Position numbers and translations under genes: made by a program. Under the pieces are notes generated by a model, which was given only the letters and a program-made list of their open reading frames with translations, was not told the origin of the DNA and searched no databases. From positions 774 to 64,773 of IMG/VR virus record IMGVR_UViG_3300015360_000043: a stretch of DNA of 64,000 nt; one strand, written 5' to 3'. The stretch's first letter is position 1. Every line of letters starts with the position of its first letter. The DNA comes from a virus (lineage: Duplodnaviria > Caudoviricetes). Shown piece after piece: positions 1 through 8,888 of this stretch.

Positions 1-32
1 GTGGACTGGTACCCAGCGCCCCGCCGGACTAC

Positions 33-257
33 ATGAGAGTGCAATCCAGCGCGACACTCAAGCTAGCTGCACGCGCATCAATGTCAGAACGCGCCAACGC
101 CACCATCAAGGCATTCAATGCGCTACAGGCGCAAGTGGACAGCAGGGAGAATGAACTAGACATCTATATGACAGACGCCGATATGGCTCGTTCGCACGGC
201 GCATTGACCATTACACAGCGGGGTATCCCGTATCTAAGTCTGCTAGCACGACGTTGA
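33..257 (+). CDS. hypothetical protein (74 aa)
   Basis: ORF with upstream GGAC, followed by an intrinsic terminator; no recognisable motif. Confidence 0.5.
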   Translation: MRVQSSATLKLAARASMSERANATIKAFNALQAQVDSRENELDIYMTDADMARSHGALTITQRGIPYLSLLARR

Positions 258-287
258 TATCCCTCCCGCTAATCGCCTCCCTCTAAG

Positions 288-323
288 GCCGCCCTATCCC
301 TCACCGGACGGGCGGCTTTTTTT
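288..323 (+). terminator. Rho-independent terminator
   Basis: GCCGCCC...GGGCGGC stem followed by T7. Confidence 0.8.
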
Positions 324-402
324 CGCCTACTCATCTACTGGTATGATGAGCATACCTGTTCCACGTGGAACCCTCACACCCCTATTGGCACTACTCCCCT
401 AC

Positions 403-470
403 TACCGCCGCTCACCCTGCCGCTCACCCTTCGCCACCGCCGCTACCTGCCACCGCTCACCGTCCCGAGT
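403..470. repeat. degenerate CCGCTCACC/CCGCCGCT short repeats
   Basis: accgccgctcaccctgccgctcaccc...accgctcacc in non-coding DNA. Confidence 0.6.
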
Positions 471-482
471 AACCCGCGCCAC

Positions 483-630
483 CACTTAGTAACACCCACT
501 TACACCACTTAGTAACATCGACTTACTTGACTTAGTAACATGAGTAAGTCAGATGGGGGGGACCCGACCCCCCGACTTAGTAAGTGACTTAGTAACATCG
601 AGTAAGTGACGGAACGGCACTTAGGTGACG
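483..630. repeat. iteron-like (C/G)ACTTAGTAACA repeat field, candidate origin or packaging region
   Basis: ACTTAGTAA occurs 5 times, plus ACTTAC/GTAAGT inverted half-sites; followed by an A/T tract at ~638-662. Confidence 0.7.
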
Positions 631-775
631 GACGGGGTTTGGAAATTTTTGCAAAAAAAATTAGGATCAGAAGTGAGAGGTGTGTAAACGAGCCCGCGGC
701 CCCCCGCCCCCCGCCCCCGAAGGGGGCACGAGAGGGGCACGAGAGGTAGCCGGAGGGGAGGTAGCCCGCGAGGTA

Positions 776-805
776 ATTTTACCGCCGGCGGCCCGGCCCT
801 GTCAA
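776..805 (-). promoter_or_regulatory. sigma70-type promoter pointing into the repeat field
   Basis: minus strand reads TTGACA-18 nt-TAAAAT; shares GGCGGTAAAAT with the promoter at 51991-52020. Confidence 0.7.
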
Positions 806-892
806 CCCCCGAAGGGGGTCCGAGCGTGGCCCCGAAGGGGGTCCCCCCGGCGGTCTCCCCGGCGATAGCCCCCCGGCTGCTAAAATACTCTC

Positions 893-1459
893 ATGGATCC
901 ACGTAGCAAAATTGACCCCAGGGCGCAGGCCCGCGTGGATGCTTTGACCAGCGCCGCCCGAGCCCGCGACGGCCAAATGGAAGGCTACGCCGACATGCTC
1001 GGTCCTTTTGGGGGTCCCGAGGCCGGTTTGCTAAACAGCATGGCCTTCCCGGTATACAAAGCCTCCACCGCGCTCGCCAAGGCATCCGGCCCCGGAAAAC
1101 TCCTACCGCTTTTTGACGAAGCCAAAAGCATGTCAGCCTCGGCTCGAAAATCCCTCATATCCGAAATGAAGGACTTCATGGGGGCGTGGTACCCGGGCAA
1201 GCTCGACAAGCCCGAGTGGCTGCGTAACTGGGCCGAAAGTCTAGGCAAAGGCGGCGGGTCAAACGCCGAAATCCTCGGCACCATCCCGCAAGAGCTCACC
1301 CAATCCCTCTACCAATCCCTGAAGCACCAAGGCTACGGCGGCGTAAAAAGTGCGGCCAAAGGGTCGCGGGACTGGGAGGATATCCTAAAGTTTGAGCAAG
1401 GTAACCCGAACTATCTTCCAAAAGCACCATACCCTTCGCAGACTCGTACAAAAAAATGA
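893..1459 (+). CDS. hypothetical protein, possibly virion-internal
   Basis: 188-aa ORF; TGCTAAAAT 6 nt upstream (possibly leaderless); LKHQGYGGVK segment. Confidence 0.75.
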   Translation: MDPRSKIDPRAQARVDALTSAARARDGQMEGYADMLGPFGGPEAGLLNSMAFPVYKASTALAKASGPGKLLPLFDEAKSMSASARKSLISEMKDFMGAWYPGKLDKPEWLRNWAESLGKGGGSNAEILGTIPQELTQSLYQSLKHQGYGGVKSAAKGSRDWEDILKFEQGNPNYLPKAPYPSQTRTKK

Positions 1460-1577
1460 GTACTTTTTCTACAAACCGGGTGCCCACGAAGGGGGCACAG
1501 GGTAGCGAGATACGCTCGAAGAATGCAAGGCTGACTTGCATGAGGGGACCCGGCTGCGCCGGGCTACAGGAATAACT

Positions 1578-2273
1578 ATGGCAGAACTTACTCCAAAACA
1601 AAAACGTGACCAGCAAAGAGACATAACCCGTAGCGAGAAAAAGTACGAAATTGCTGGTACCATGTCAACTCTGTTTAATAAACGAATTGCATATGATCGC
1701 CTGTATAAAACGCCGATAACAGAAGGTGACACTGGCGGCGCTCGGGGAGTTACCACGAGGGTGAGCTCGGCCTCTCCGACTCACAGCAAAATTACCCTAC
1801 CGCTGGATCGTAAATTGCGATCGTTCAGCCCCAGTGACGAAAATACGCCGGGTGGCAGGACCATGGAAGAGATGATGGACTCTCACAAGTCCACCATGAA
1901 CCACGAAATGATTCATGTGCTCCAAAACATGGTACCCGACCAGAATTATAAGTCCCTCAGTAAACTGAGAGATAACAACTCTGCTGGGAAGAGACTCATG
2001 AGGAAATTCCAGCCTACCGGGTACGACGGCGACGAATTCGAAGCGTATTTGCTTTCGGATACCGCAAAAGATAATCCGCAGCTCAATGAGGCGCTGGGTC
2101 TTGGCACTGCCAACCGGCATCTAACCAATACGATGGAAAGGATGCTGGAGTATTTTAGACCTTCCCCTCGAAGAGAGCTTGAAGAGGCCCGAAATGAATT
2201 GTTGAATACCTACCAGCCGGGCCATCGCAAAATCATAGAAAATATGAACAACCCCCGCCGGCTACAGGAATAA
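1578..2273 (+). CDS. zincin-like metallopeptidase domain protein, paralogue 1
   Basis: TMNHEMIHVLQ (HExxH) with downstream EFEAY third-ligand motif; start moved to ATG 1578 by alignment with paralogue 2. Confidence 0.75.
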   Translation: MAELTPKQKRDQQRDITRSEKKYEIAGTMSTLFNKRIAYDRLYKTPITEGDTGGARGVTTRVSSASPTHSKITLPLDRKLRSFSPSDENTPGGRTMEEMMDSHKSTMNHEMIHVLQNMVPDQNYKSLSKLRDNNSAGKRLMRKFQPTGYDGDEFEAYLLSDTAKDNPQLNEALGLGTANRHLTNTMERMLEYFRPSPRRELEEARNELLNTYQPGHRKIIENMNNPRRLQE

Positions 2274-2275
2274 TC

Positions 2276-2965
2276 ATGCCCGAGCCTACACCAAAACAAA
2301 AACGCGACCGCCAGAAACGAATTAACAAGGAGCTCGAACCCTACGAGATGTTGGGTAACATGCACTTCGCGATGGACAGGCCCGTGGCTTATGATCGACG
2401 GTTTAAAACGCCGATATTCGAAAAAACCCTGCCCTCCAACATCGGCGCGACTACCACCCGAGTGACCGACACCTTTTCCCCCTCCAACAGCGCTATCACC
2501 ATACCCAAGGGCTCGCGGTCGTTTAGTCACGAAAAGGCCAAGGCGCAGGGCAAGACCATGGACGACATGGTGGACGAATTCGGGGGCACTATGAAGCATG
2601 AGCTGATGCACGTACTCCAAAACATGGAACCCCACCTGATTGGCCCTACAATGAAGAAGCTCTGGACTAATAGGTCTCAGGGGCGTAAAGCCGTCAGTGC
2701 CTTCCCCGAAGGGTACAACGATCGTGAATTCGAAGCCTACATGCTATCCGACACTGGAAAGCAAAACAAGGACATCAACAAATCGCTCAAACTTGGCCAA
2801 CCTAACCGACCGCTGAATGGTATCCTGGATAAGATAATGGAGCTTATGCAACCTTCCCCTCAAAGAGAAGCCGAATACGCCAGGGATGAATTGATGGATA
2901 CCTCCCAGCCGGGTCGTCGCAGAATAGTTAACGATATCATGGGAGACCGGCGTCCCCCGGAATAA
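2276..2965 (+). CDS. zincin-like metallopeptidase domain protein, paralogue 2
   Basis: TMKHELMHVLQ and EFEAY; collinear with the 1578 protein along its whole length. Confidence 0.75.
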   Translation: MPEPTPKQKRDRQKRINKELEPYEMLGNMHFAMDRPVAYDRRFKTPIFEKTLPSNIGATTTRVTDTFSPSNSAITIPKGSRSFSHEKAKAQGKTMDDMVDEFGGTMKHELMHVLQNMEPHLIGPTMKKLWTNRSQGRKAVSAFPEGYNDREFEAYMLSDTGKQNKDINKSLKLGQPNRPLNGILDKIMELMQPSPQREAEYARDELMDTSQPGRRRIVNDIMGDRRPPE

Positions 2966-2970
2966 TACCA

Positions 2971-4140
2971 ATGCCAGACCCCAGACTCTTAGAAAACTAC
3001 CTCGCTAGGGCCGCTGAGGAAAACCGATCGGCCCCCCGGAACCTCCAGGGCAACCGGATAGCCTCACAGGGCACTACAGACGCCAGAATGGCCAAGCTGC
3101 GTGGCGAGGTCGAGTCTGGAGGGGACGGCCTCATGGCCGGCTGGGGAGACGTCGCTACCATGGTCAGCGGGGCCAGAGACCCCCTCATGGAGGCCCTAGG
3201 CCAACTGACCCCCACGGGCAGCGGGGCCGAGTATCTCCCGGCGATGATCCCGACCGGGAAAAACCTCGGGAAATTCACGGCCAAAATGAAAGACGCTCGA
3301 AAGACCATCGACCCTAGGCTAAGCGGAGACCTAGCCGACGCGATGGCCTATATGACGGCGAGGTACCCTAACCGTAGCAAGGCGGCTAAGATTGTGGGAC
3401 TGCGTAAGGATTTGAATCACGATACAAGCACCTACGGCAGTTTCTACCCCCAAGCCAATGCAATAGTTGTAGGAGACGGTCCAAAACTTCCCAAACTTGT
3501 TGAAACCCTCGCGCATGAAACCCAACATGCGGTGGATCACAAACGGCTCGGTCGTAACAATCTGAAAAAGGACTCTTTTACAAACTACCAAGATGTAGGC
3601 ACCTTACAGGAAATGGGCTTCAGCCCTGAATACGCCTACGAGGTATACGCCAATCAGCCGATTGAGCGCCGGGCCTTCAAAGCCGGCAAAACCGGTGCCG
3701 ACGGCTTAGAGGAGTTCCGTAATCTCCAGGACTACATGATCTCCGAGGGAGGCTTCAACCCCAAAGACGCCTACGACTTCTCCAGGAAGAGAAAGCCCAA
3801 ATTCTACGGTACTGAAAAACCCATATCTTCTTCTTCTTCTAGCGGAAAATCCTCGGTGTTTGACAAGATCCACAAGTTCATGATGGGAATTGACCAAGCT
3901 GTCCCGCCACTCAGGGACTCCCTTCCCGTAAAACGAGGTGTAGCGCAGCAGAACCTTCGAGAGGCCATCACCTCCGAAGCCCTGGACACCCTGCCGGCTA
4001 TCTCCCCCAAGCTAACCCGCAAAGTCCCTTCCGACGCCTTCTCGGAGCTCTCCTGGAAAATGGACCGGCCCAAACACCCCCGGATCGCGCAGCAAGAAGC
4101 TCTCGACGCGGCGCTCAACCTCTTCAGAACCGGGAAGTAA
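2971..4140 (+). CDS. zincin-like metallopeptidase domain protein 3
   Basis: YGSFYP...TLAHETQHAVD...PIERRAF (HExxH plus downstream Glu). Confidence 0.75.
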   Translation: MPDPRLLENYLARAAEENRSAPRNLQGNRIASQGTTDARMAKLRGEVESGGDGLMAGWGDVATMVSGARDPLMEALGQLTPTGSGAEYLPAMIPTGKNLGKFTAKMKDARKTIDPRLSGDLADAMAYMTARYPNRSKAAKIVGLRKDLNHDTSTYGSFYPQANAIVVGDGPKLPKLVETLAHETQHAVDHKRLGRNNLKKDSFTNYQDVGTLQEMGFSPEYAYEVYANQPIERRAFKAGKTGADGLEEFRNLQDYMISEGGFNPKDAYDFSRKRKPKFYGTEKPISSSSSSGKSSVFDKIHKFMMGIDQAVPPLRDSLPVKRGVAQQNLREAITSEALDTLPAISPKLTRKVPSDAFSELSWKMDRPKHPRIAQQEALDAALNLFRTGK

Positions 4141-4348
4141 TCGCGGCCCGTCGCCCGCCGGCCACCAACCGGCAAATGTGACTCCGCGTCACCCCCAGAG
4201 CTTTCGCCAACTGGTTCTGGTTCAAAACGCCCGTGTCCCACATGAGGCACACCCACTTTACATCCGCCTCGCTCAATTTGTACTTCGGCATGCTTTTATT
4301 ATAGTCAACATCCGCCTACCCCGGCCTACTCTACCCTTAGGAGACCTC

Positions 4349-4759
4349 ATGTCCACTTACAACATCACCCTCGCCAATGACGGATCGGGCAACATTACGC
4401 CCACGGTTCGCCGGATTGGTACTCCCGCCTCGGGCGGAACCTTGCTTACCATCCCCGCCGGCGAGCTCTTCCCGGGCACCACCACTTTGCTGCTCGGCTT
4501 GGCCGGGGGCGCGGCTCTTCGCGCTGCTCTCAACAGCTACGCAACCAATCCGACGGGCGCGTACCATATTACCCTGACCGACGATGGCACCGGGGTCTTC
4601 ACCCCCTTGGTCCGACTCGGCGGCACCGCGGCCTCTGGCGGGACCGTGCTCACTCAGCCGGCGGGCGAACTCTTCCCCGGCAGCACCACCTTGCTGATGG
4701 GCTTGGCCGGCGGCTCCGCACTTCGCGCCGCGCTAAACGACCGATCGGCAGGCAATTAA
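4349..4759 (+). CDS. putative virion protein made of two ~68-aa repeats
   Basis: AGGAGA RBS before ATG 4349; two copies of Y(N/H)ITL..DG.G..TP.VR..GT.ASGGT.LT.PAGELFPG.TTLL.GLAGG.ALRAALN. Confidence 0.75.
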   Translation: MSTYNITLANDGSGNITPTVRRIGTPASGGTLLTIPAGELFPGTTTLLLGLAGGAALRAALNSYATNPTGAYHITLTDDGTGVFTPLVRLGGTAASGGTVLTQPAGELFPGSTTLLMGLAGGSALRAALNDRSAGN

Positions 4760-4774
4760 TCCCCCGAGGAACAC

Positions 4775-6244
4775 ATGGCGATTATCCCTTCCGGCGGGAC
4801 CATCCGTAATGACTTGTATTCCATCAGTACGACGGCCCAAATCCTCAACAACATCAACACCACTTTGGTAGCGGCGGGGTGGACTTCGGTTCCCGTCGCC
4901 GCCCGGAATACCATTATCTTCTCCGGTCAACCGAGCAACAACCAAAACGTCACCCTAGGACTGGTCACCTACACCTTCCTTACGGTGATGCCTAACCTGT
5001 TGCCCGGGCAGGTGCTGATCGGAGCAACCGCGCAAGACACGTATCAAAACCTGTATTATGCCATGCAGCTCGGCCTGGGCTCGGGTACCTTGTATTCTTC
5101 CTCGACTCCCTTGAATGCTGACCTCACGCCGGTCCTAACCACCGGTCGCTTCCTGATCCTCTACAACACGCCGGGTCCCGTCGGCAACACTTTCTACGTT
5201 TTCACCGGAACGCTCGCCAATGCCGTCTTCTACAACGGATGCAACAGCCCAAACGGGTTTCCACTCATCGGCGGGGGCTATAACTGGACCTCGACGGGGA
5301 ACAACGTAGGAATGAAAGTCCAGGTCTACGGGTACAGTAGCCCCGAAGGTGGAAATCAGTGCCGTTTTATCGTGCAAAACGAAACGGGGCAGTCCACCAC
5401 GGGAGTCTTGACCGTCGGATGCTCGGATTCGGGCAATAATATCTACGGTATGATACTGCGAGTGGCCTCCGTGCCCAATATGAGGGTAATTGCGAACAAT
5501 AAGCAATTTTTTGCCTTCGAGAATGACTCTTCTACCGGCTTTGGCAGCTTCATAGGCTTCGGCGTACCCTATTTGTTGGACTTTTTGGCTCCAGTGCCCC
5601 TCACAGGGGCTTCAAATGCCAACCCCATCCAAATCCAGACTCCAACACCTCACGGGCTCGTAAGTGGGGACAACGTTTGCATCAGCGGAGTGCTGACTAA
5701 CACCGCCGCGAACGGCCAATTCAACGTAACCGTAATCAGCGCGACCGTCTTCACCATCCCAATCGCAGGCAATGGCATTTATACCTCCGGCGGGCTAGTC
5801 GGGAAGATCGGGAGCACCATCAGTGAGGCCTTTTTTGGGATTAACCGGGGGAACGAGCCCTCGTTTATCCGCAACAGCTTGTCCAGCGGGTACGAGGCCG
5901 CTTGGGTTCTTAACGGATCTGTCACGCTTGCCAGTGTAAACAACACCAACGTTGGCGGGCTTAGATTCGTAGTGCCCCAGCTCGCGGCGTCAGCCCTAAA
6001 CGGCAAACGACTACCCTTCTACGACAACACCTCCTTGTTCTCGGAACCTATCATAGGCTGGGGGACAAGTCCGACGGGCACCTTCTTCGTTTTTGGCCAA
6101 TTGTACGACTCCTTTGTAGAGAACCGGCAAGAACCCATCGGTACGCAAGGAGTTCTAAACGGGCTAAACTACTATTCGCTGACCGTTGACAACGCCGGCG
6201 ACGCCAACAACGTGCAGGGTACCTTTTGCGTTAGGATTCCTTAA
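4775..6244 (+). CDS. tail/appendage protein with an E1-FCCH-like beta domain
   Basis: G/N/T-rich 489 aa; ANPIQIQTPTPHGLVSGDNVCISGV...NGQFNVTVISATVFTI...YTSGG pattern seen in phage tail proteins. Confidence 0.7.
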   Translation: MAIIPSGGTIRNDLYSISTTAQILNNINTTLVAAGWTSVPVAARNTIIFSGQPSNNQNVTLGLVTYTFLTVMPNLLPGQVLIGATAQDTYQNLYYAMQLGLGSGTLYSSSTPLNADLTPVLTTGRFLILYNTPGPVGNTFYVFTGTLANAVFYNGCNSPNGFPLIGGGYNWTSTGNNVGMKVQVYGYSSPEGGNQCRFIVQNETGQSTTGVLTVGCSDSGNNIYGMILRVASVPNMRVIANNKQFFAFENDSSTGFGSFIGFGVPYLLDFLAPVPLTGASNANPIQIQTPTPHGLVSGDNVCISGVLTNTAANGQFNVTVISATVFTIPIAGNGIYTSGGLVGKIGSTISEAFFGINRGNEPSFIRNSLSSGYEAAWVLNGSVTLASVNNTNVGGLRFVVPQLAASALNGKRLPFYDNTSLFSEPIIGWGTSPTGTFFVFGQLYDSFVENRQEPIGTQGVLNGLNYYSLTVDNAGDANNVQGTFCVRIP

Positions 6245-6891
6245 TGGCTTTTGGATTCGCAGTAACTTTCGTCCCGTTTAAGTCTTCCGCCCCGACGGGC
6301 ATTACCCCGTTCGACCCGGCGGCGGCTATCTTCGTAGTTGCTGGTGATGACGCCCGGGGCAAATCATTTATCCTGGGCGGGATCACATTCCAAGAGCGCA
6401 TTGGAAACTGGCAAGGAGAGGACTGTTTTATCGTTGCAATCCCCAACGTCCCCCCTCCGGTTTACATAGACCCACCCTTTCCGCCGGTCTACCCCTACTT
6501 ATTCGCAACCGACCCCATCTATGGGAGAGAAAACTTGTCACTCAACTTTCAAATGGTCCGAATGGACGACTATGTATTCGAAGCGACAGTGATCCTTGAC
6601 TCCCTCCCAGTCAACCTGACCGACTCCACGCTTATCTTCACCGCTAAATGGTCAGTCAAAGACCTTGACTCGGCGGCGGTCTTTCAACTCACCTCCGGCA
6701 CGCCCCAGCTCACGATCACCAACGCCCTGCTCGGCCAGTACCGGGTAGACATCCCGTCGTCGGCTACTTCCCTGGTGCCTCTCAACAAAACCGAACTCGT
6801 CTACGATATCCAAATGCTTACCCCCACCGGAAAGCGCAAAACTATCCAACGCGGCATCCTAATAGTGGTGCCTGACGTAACCCTCAACTGA
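6244..6891 (+). CDS. tail protein with a BppU-N-like domain
   Basis: PVNLTDSTLIFTAK...GQYRVDIPSSAT...YDIQM...TIQRGILIVVPDVT pattern. Confidence 0.65.
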   Translation: MAFGFAVTFVPFKSSAPTGITPFDPAAAIFVVAGDDARGKSFILGGITFQERIGNWQGEDCFIVAIPNVPPPVYIDPPFPPVYPYLFATDPIYGRENLSLNFQMVRMDDYVFEATVILDSLPVNLTDSTLIFTAKWSVKDLDSAAVFQLTSGTPQLTITNALLGQYRVDIPSSATSLVPLNKTELVYDIQMLTPTGKRKTIQRGILIVVPDVTLN

Positions 6892-6914
6892 TACCATATT
6901 CTTAGGAGATCCAC

Positions 6915-7199
6915 ATGCCTATCATCGTCGGCTCAGCAATGCGCCAAATCGTTTTCGAAGGAACCGTCTCGCCGGAGGCAGTACTTGCGGCCACCGCGCC
7001 TAACTTTTCCTTTACCGTGCCGCAATCGGTCCCTGGCCAAGTCTTTCTCATCCAGCTTCCTGCCTTGGAAGCGGGCTTGATTCCCTCTGGCGTTGGCCAG
7101 TGCTCGACCGCAGGCACTGTGCTTTGCCGTGTCGCCAATGTTACCGCGGCCACAATCACCCCGGCGGCGGCCCAAGCGTTCACTTGCGTGGCCGTGTAA
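6915..7199 (+). CDS. small putative structural protein
   Basis: AGGAGA RBS; beta-rich 94 aa ending VANVTAATITPAAAQAFTCVAV. Confidence 0.65.
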   Translation: MPIIVGSAMRQIVFEGTVSPEAVLAATAPNFSFTVPQSVPGQVFLIQLPALEAGLIPSGVGQCSTAGTVLCRVANVTAATITPAAAQAFTCVAV

Positions 7200-7209
7200 G
7201 GATCCCCCT

Positions 7210-7542
7210 ATGGCAACCCTATCCAGCAAAAACTTTGACGCGGGGTACCCTAATCAGGTACCTCGGTTCATCGTTGCAGTCCCCACTGTAGCTGCCGATC
7301 TTTTTGCCCAAGACGGTCAGCTTTTCCAACTCTCCCTCACAAACGGCACCGGCGGGGCTCTCACCATCACCGTGTTTGACAAAGCTGCAACCCCCCGCGC
7401 TGCCCTACGGGTCACCAGCGTCGCCGCAGGGGGCACTGTAGTCTTCTCCTGGCCCGAGGGGCTAACGCTCCAAGGCGGGCTCAACTGGGTCGCCAGTGGC
7501 GTCGGTCTGGAAGCGTCCGTCGTCGCATACTTCAAAAACTAA
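7210..7542 (+). CDS. small putative structural protein
   Basis: ATG 7210 just after the previous stop; beta-rich sequence (LSLTNGTGGALTITVFD...GLNWVAS). Confidence 0.65.
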   Translation: MATLSSKNFDAGYPNQVPRFIVAVPTVAADLFAQDGQLFQLSLTNGTGGALTITVFDKAATPRAALRVTSVAAGGTVVFSWPEGLTLQGGLNWVASGVGLEASVVAYFKN

Positions 7543-7547
7543 CCACC

Positions 7548-7934
7548 ATGTTTATCTCCAGCTACCTCAATGTCCAACTGCTCAACGCTACGCTGAGGAA
7601 TACCGCGTACACCCCAGTCACCCCGCTGTACGTGGCCCTCTACACGAGCAACCCCGGCCCCACAAACACCGGCGTTGAAGTAACAGGAGGCGCTTACGCT
7701 CGACAAACCATCGCCTTTGGAGCCCCGGCGAGCAACATAACCCTAAACACCAACCTCATCACCTTCCCCACCCCTCTTGCCTCCTGGGGGACCGTAGGCT
7801 GGGCGGCTATTTTTGACGCCAGCACCGGCGGCAATCTGCTCTACTACTTCCCTCTCACGGTCTCGTTCGTCATCGGTATCGGAGTCATTCTGAACTTCGC
7901 CGTGGGCTCGATCTCCGGTAAGTTTGACGTTTAA
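7548..7934 (+). CDS. phage tail fibre-associated protein (Gp80-like)
   Basis: YVALYTSNP...EVTGGAYARQTIAF...ITFP...WGTV..AAIFDASTGGNLL signature. Confidence 0.8.
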   Translation: MFISSYLNVQLLNATLRNTAYTPVTPLYVALYTSNPGPTNTGVEVTGGAYARQTIAFGAPASNITLNTNLITFPTPLASWGTVGWAAIFDASTGGNLLYYFPLTVSFVIGIGVILNFAVGSISGKFDV

Positions 7935-7939
7935 ACAGC

Positions 7940-8881
7940 ATGCCAGAACTCTACACCACCCTAGGCGAATCTACCCTCGCCTCAAGTTATACCGCCGGCG
8001 GCACCTCGATTGTCGTCGCCTCGGCGGCCTCGTTTCCCACCGCGGGCACTTTTCGCGTTCGCGTTGACGACGAGATTTTCCGGGTAACCGCAGTCTCTGG
8101 CGCGACATTTACCGTCGTGGGGGCTACAGAAGGCACCACCGCGGCCAATCACAACTCCGCGGCAGACATTACTGAGGTTTTGACCGCCGCGGCCCTTGAC
8201 GGGATCCGATCGGATATCTCCCAGTCGGGGCTAGTCAGCGCAATCCCCGGCGCTACCAAGGCCGGCAACCTCTACTTCCCCACCGACGGAATTGCAATCT
8301 CCCGGGACACCGGTGCCGCTCAGCAACGCTGGGGGCCCATTTTCCCACAAACTACCTCCCTGGCTAGCTCTTTTAGCTGGAGCAACCAAGGCCCTGCAAC
8401 AGTGTCCGCCTCAAGCGGCAGCGAGTTCCTCTGGTCACCCGCCGGCGGAGTCGAGCTTCGCACGCGCTATGTTGCTGCGCCGGCTACCCCCTACACGCTT
8501 ACCGCGTGGATAACGCCGATGCTGAATCATGTTGGCAATTCCTGCTTTATCGGCTTCCACAACATCTCCACCGGCGGAACTATCACCTTCGGGTACTCGA
8601 ATGACAACCCGGTCAAGGTAGCATCAATCAAATTCAGCAGTCCGAATAACTACGCGGGTGAGTACTTCCGAAACCAAGGAATAGTAGGCCTGATTTGTCT
8701 GCGTCTTACGGACGATGGGACCCTGAAAAAAGGGCTCATCTCAGTAGACGGCGTAAACTTTGTCGAATTGATGTCAATGACCTCGGCTGACTTTTTCACA
8801 CCAACGGGGCTCAACTGGGGAGCTTACTCAAACTCCGCCGTAGGATGCGGCGTATTGTTGAATTCGTGGGTAATCACTTAA
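7940..8881 (+). CDS. tail fibre / receptor-binding protein
   Basis: N-terminal tail beta domain (SIVVASAASFP..G.FRVRVDDEI...EGTTAANH) and a beta-rich C-terminus. Confidence 0.7.
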   Translation: MPELYTTLGESTLASSYTAGGTSIVVASAASFPTAGTFRVRVDDEIFRVTAVSGATFTVVGATEGTTAANHNSAADITEVLTAAALDGIRSDISQSGLVSAIPGATKAGNLYFPTDGIAISRDTGAAQQRWGPIFPQTTSLASSFSWSNQGPATVSASSGSEFLWSPAGGVELRTRYVAAPATPYTLTAWITPMLNHVGNSCFIGFHNISTGGTITFGYSNDNPVKVASIKFSSPNNYAGEYFRNQGIVGLICLRLTDDGTLKKGLISVDGVNFVELMSMTSADFFTPTGLNWGAYSNSAVGCGVLLNSWVIT

Positions 8882-8888
8882 CCCCCCG

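Noticed and set aside
483-630. CRISPR mini-array
   Set aside because: Repeats are only 9-12 bp, irregularly spaced, partly inverted, and have no unique 25-40 bp spacers
5590-5800. E1-FCCH-like domain plus JAB as a phage ubiquitin-conjugation pathway
   Set aside because: No E1 adenylation domain, E2 or ubiquitin-like protein is visible; FCCH-like beta domains are common structural modules in tail proteins
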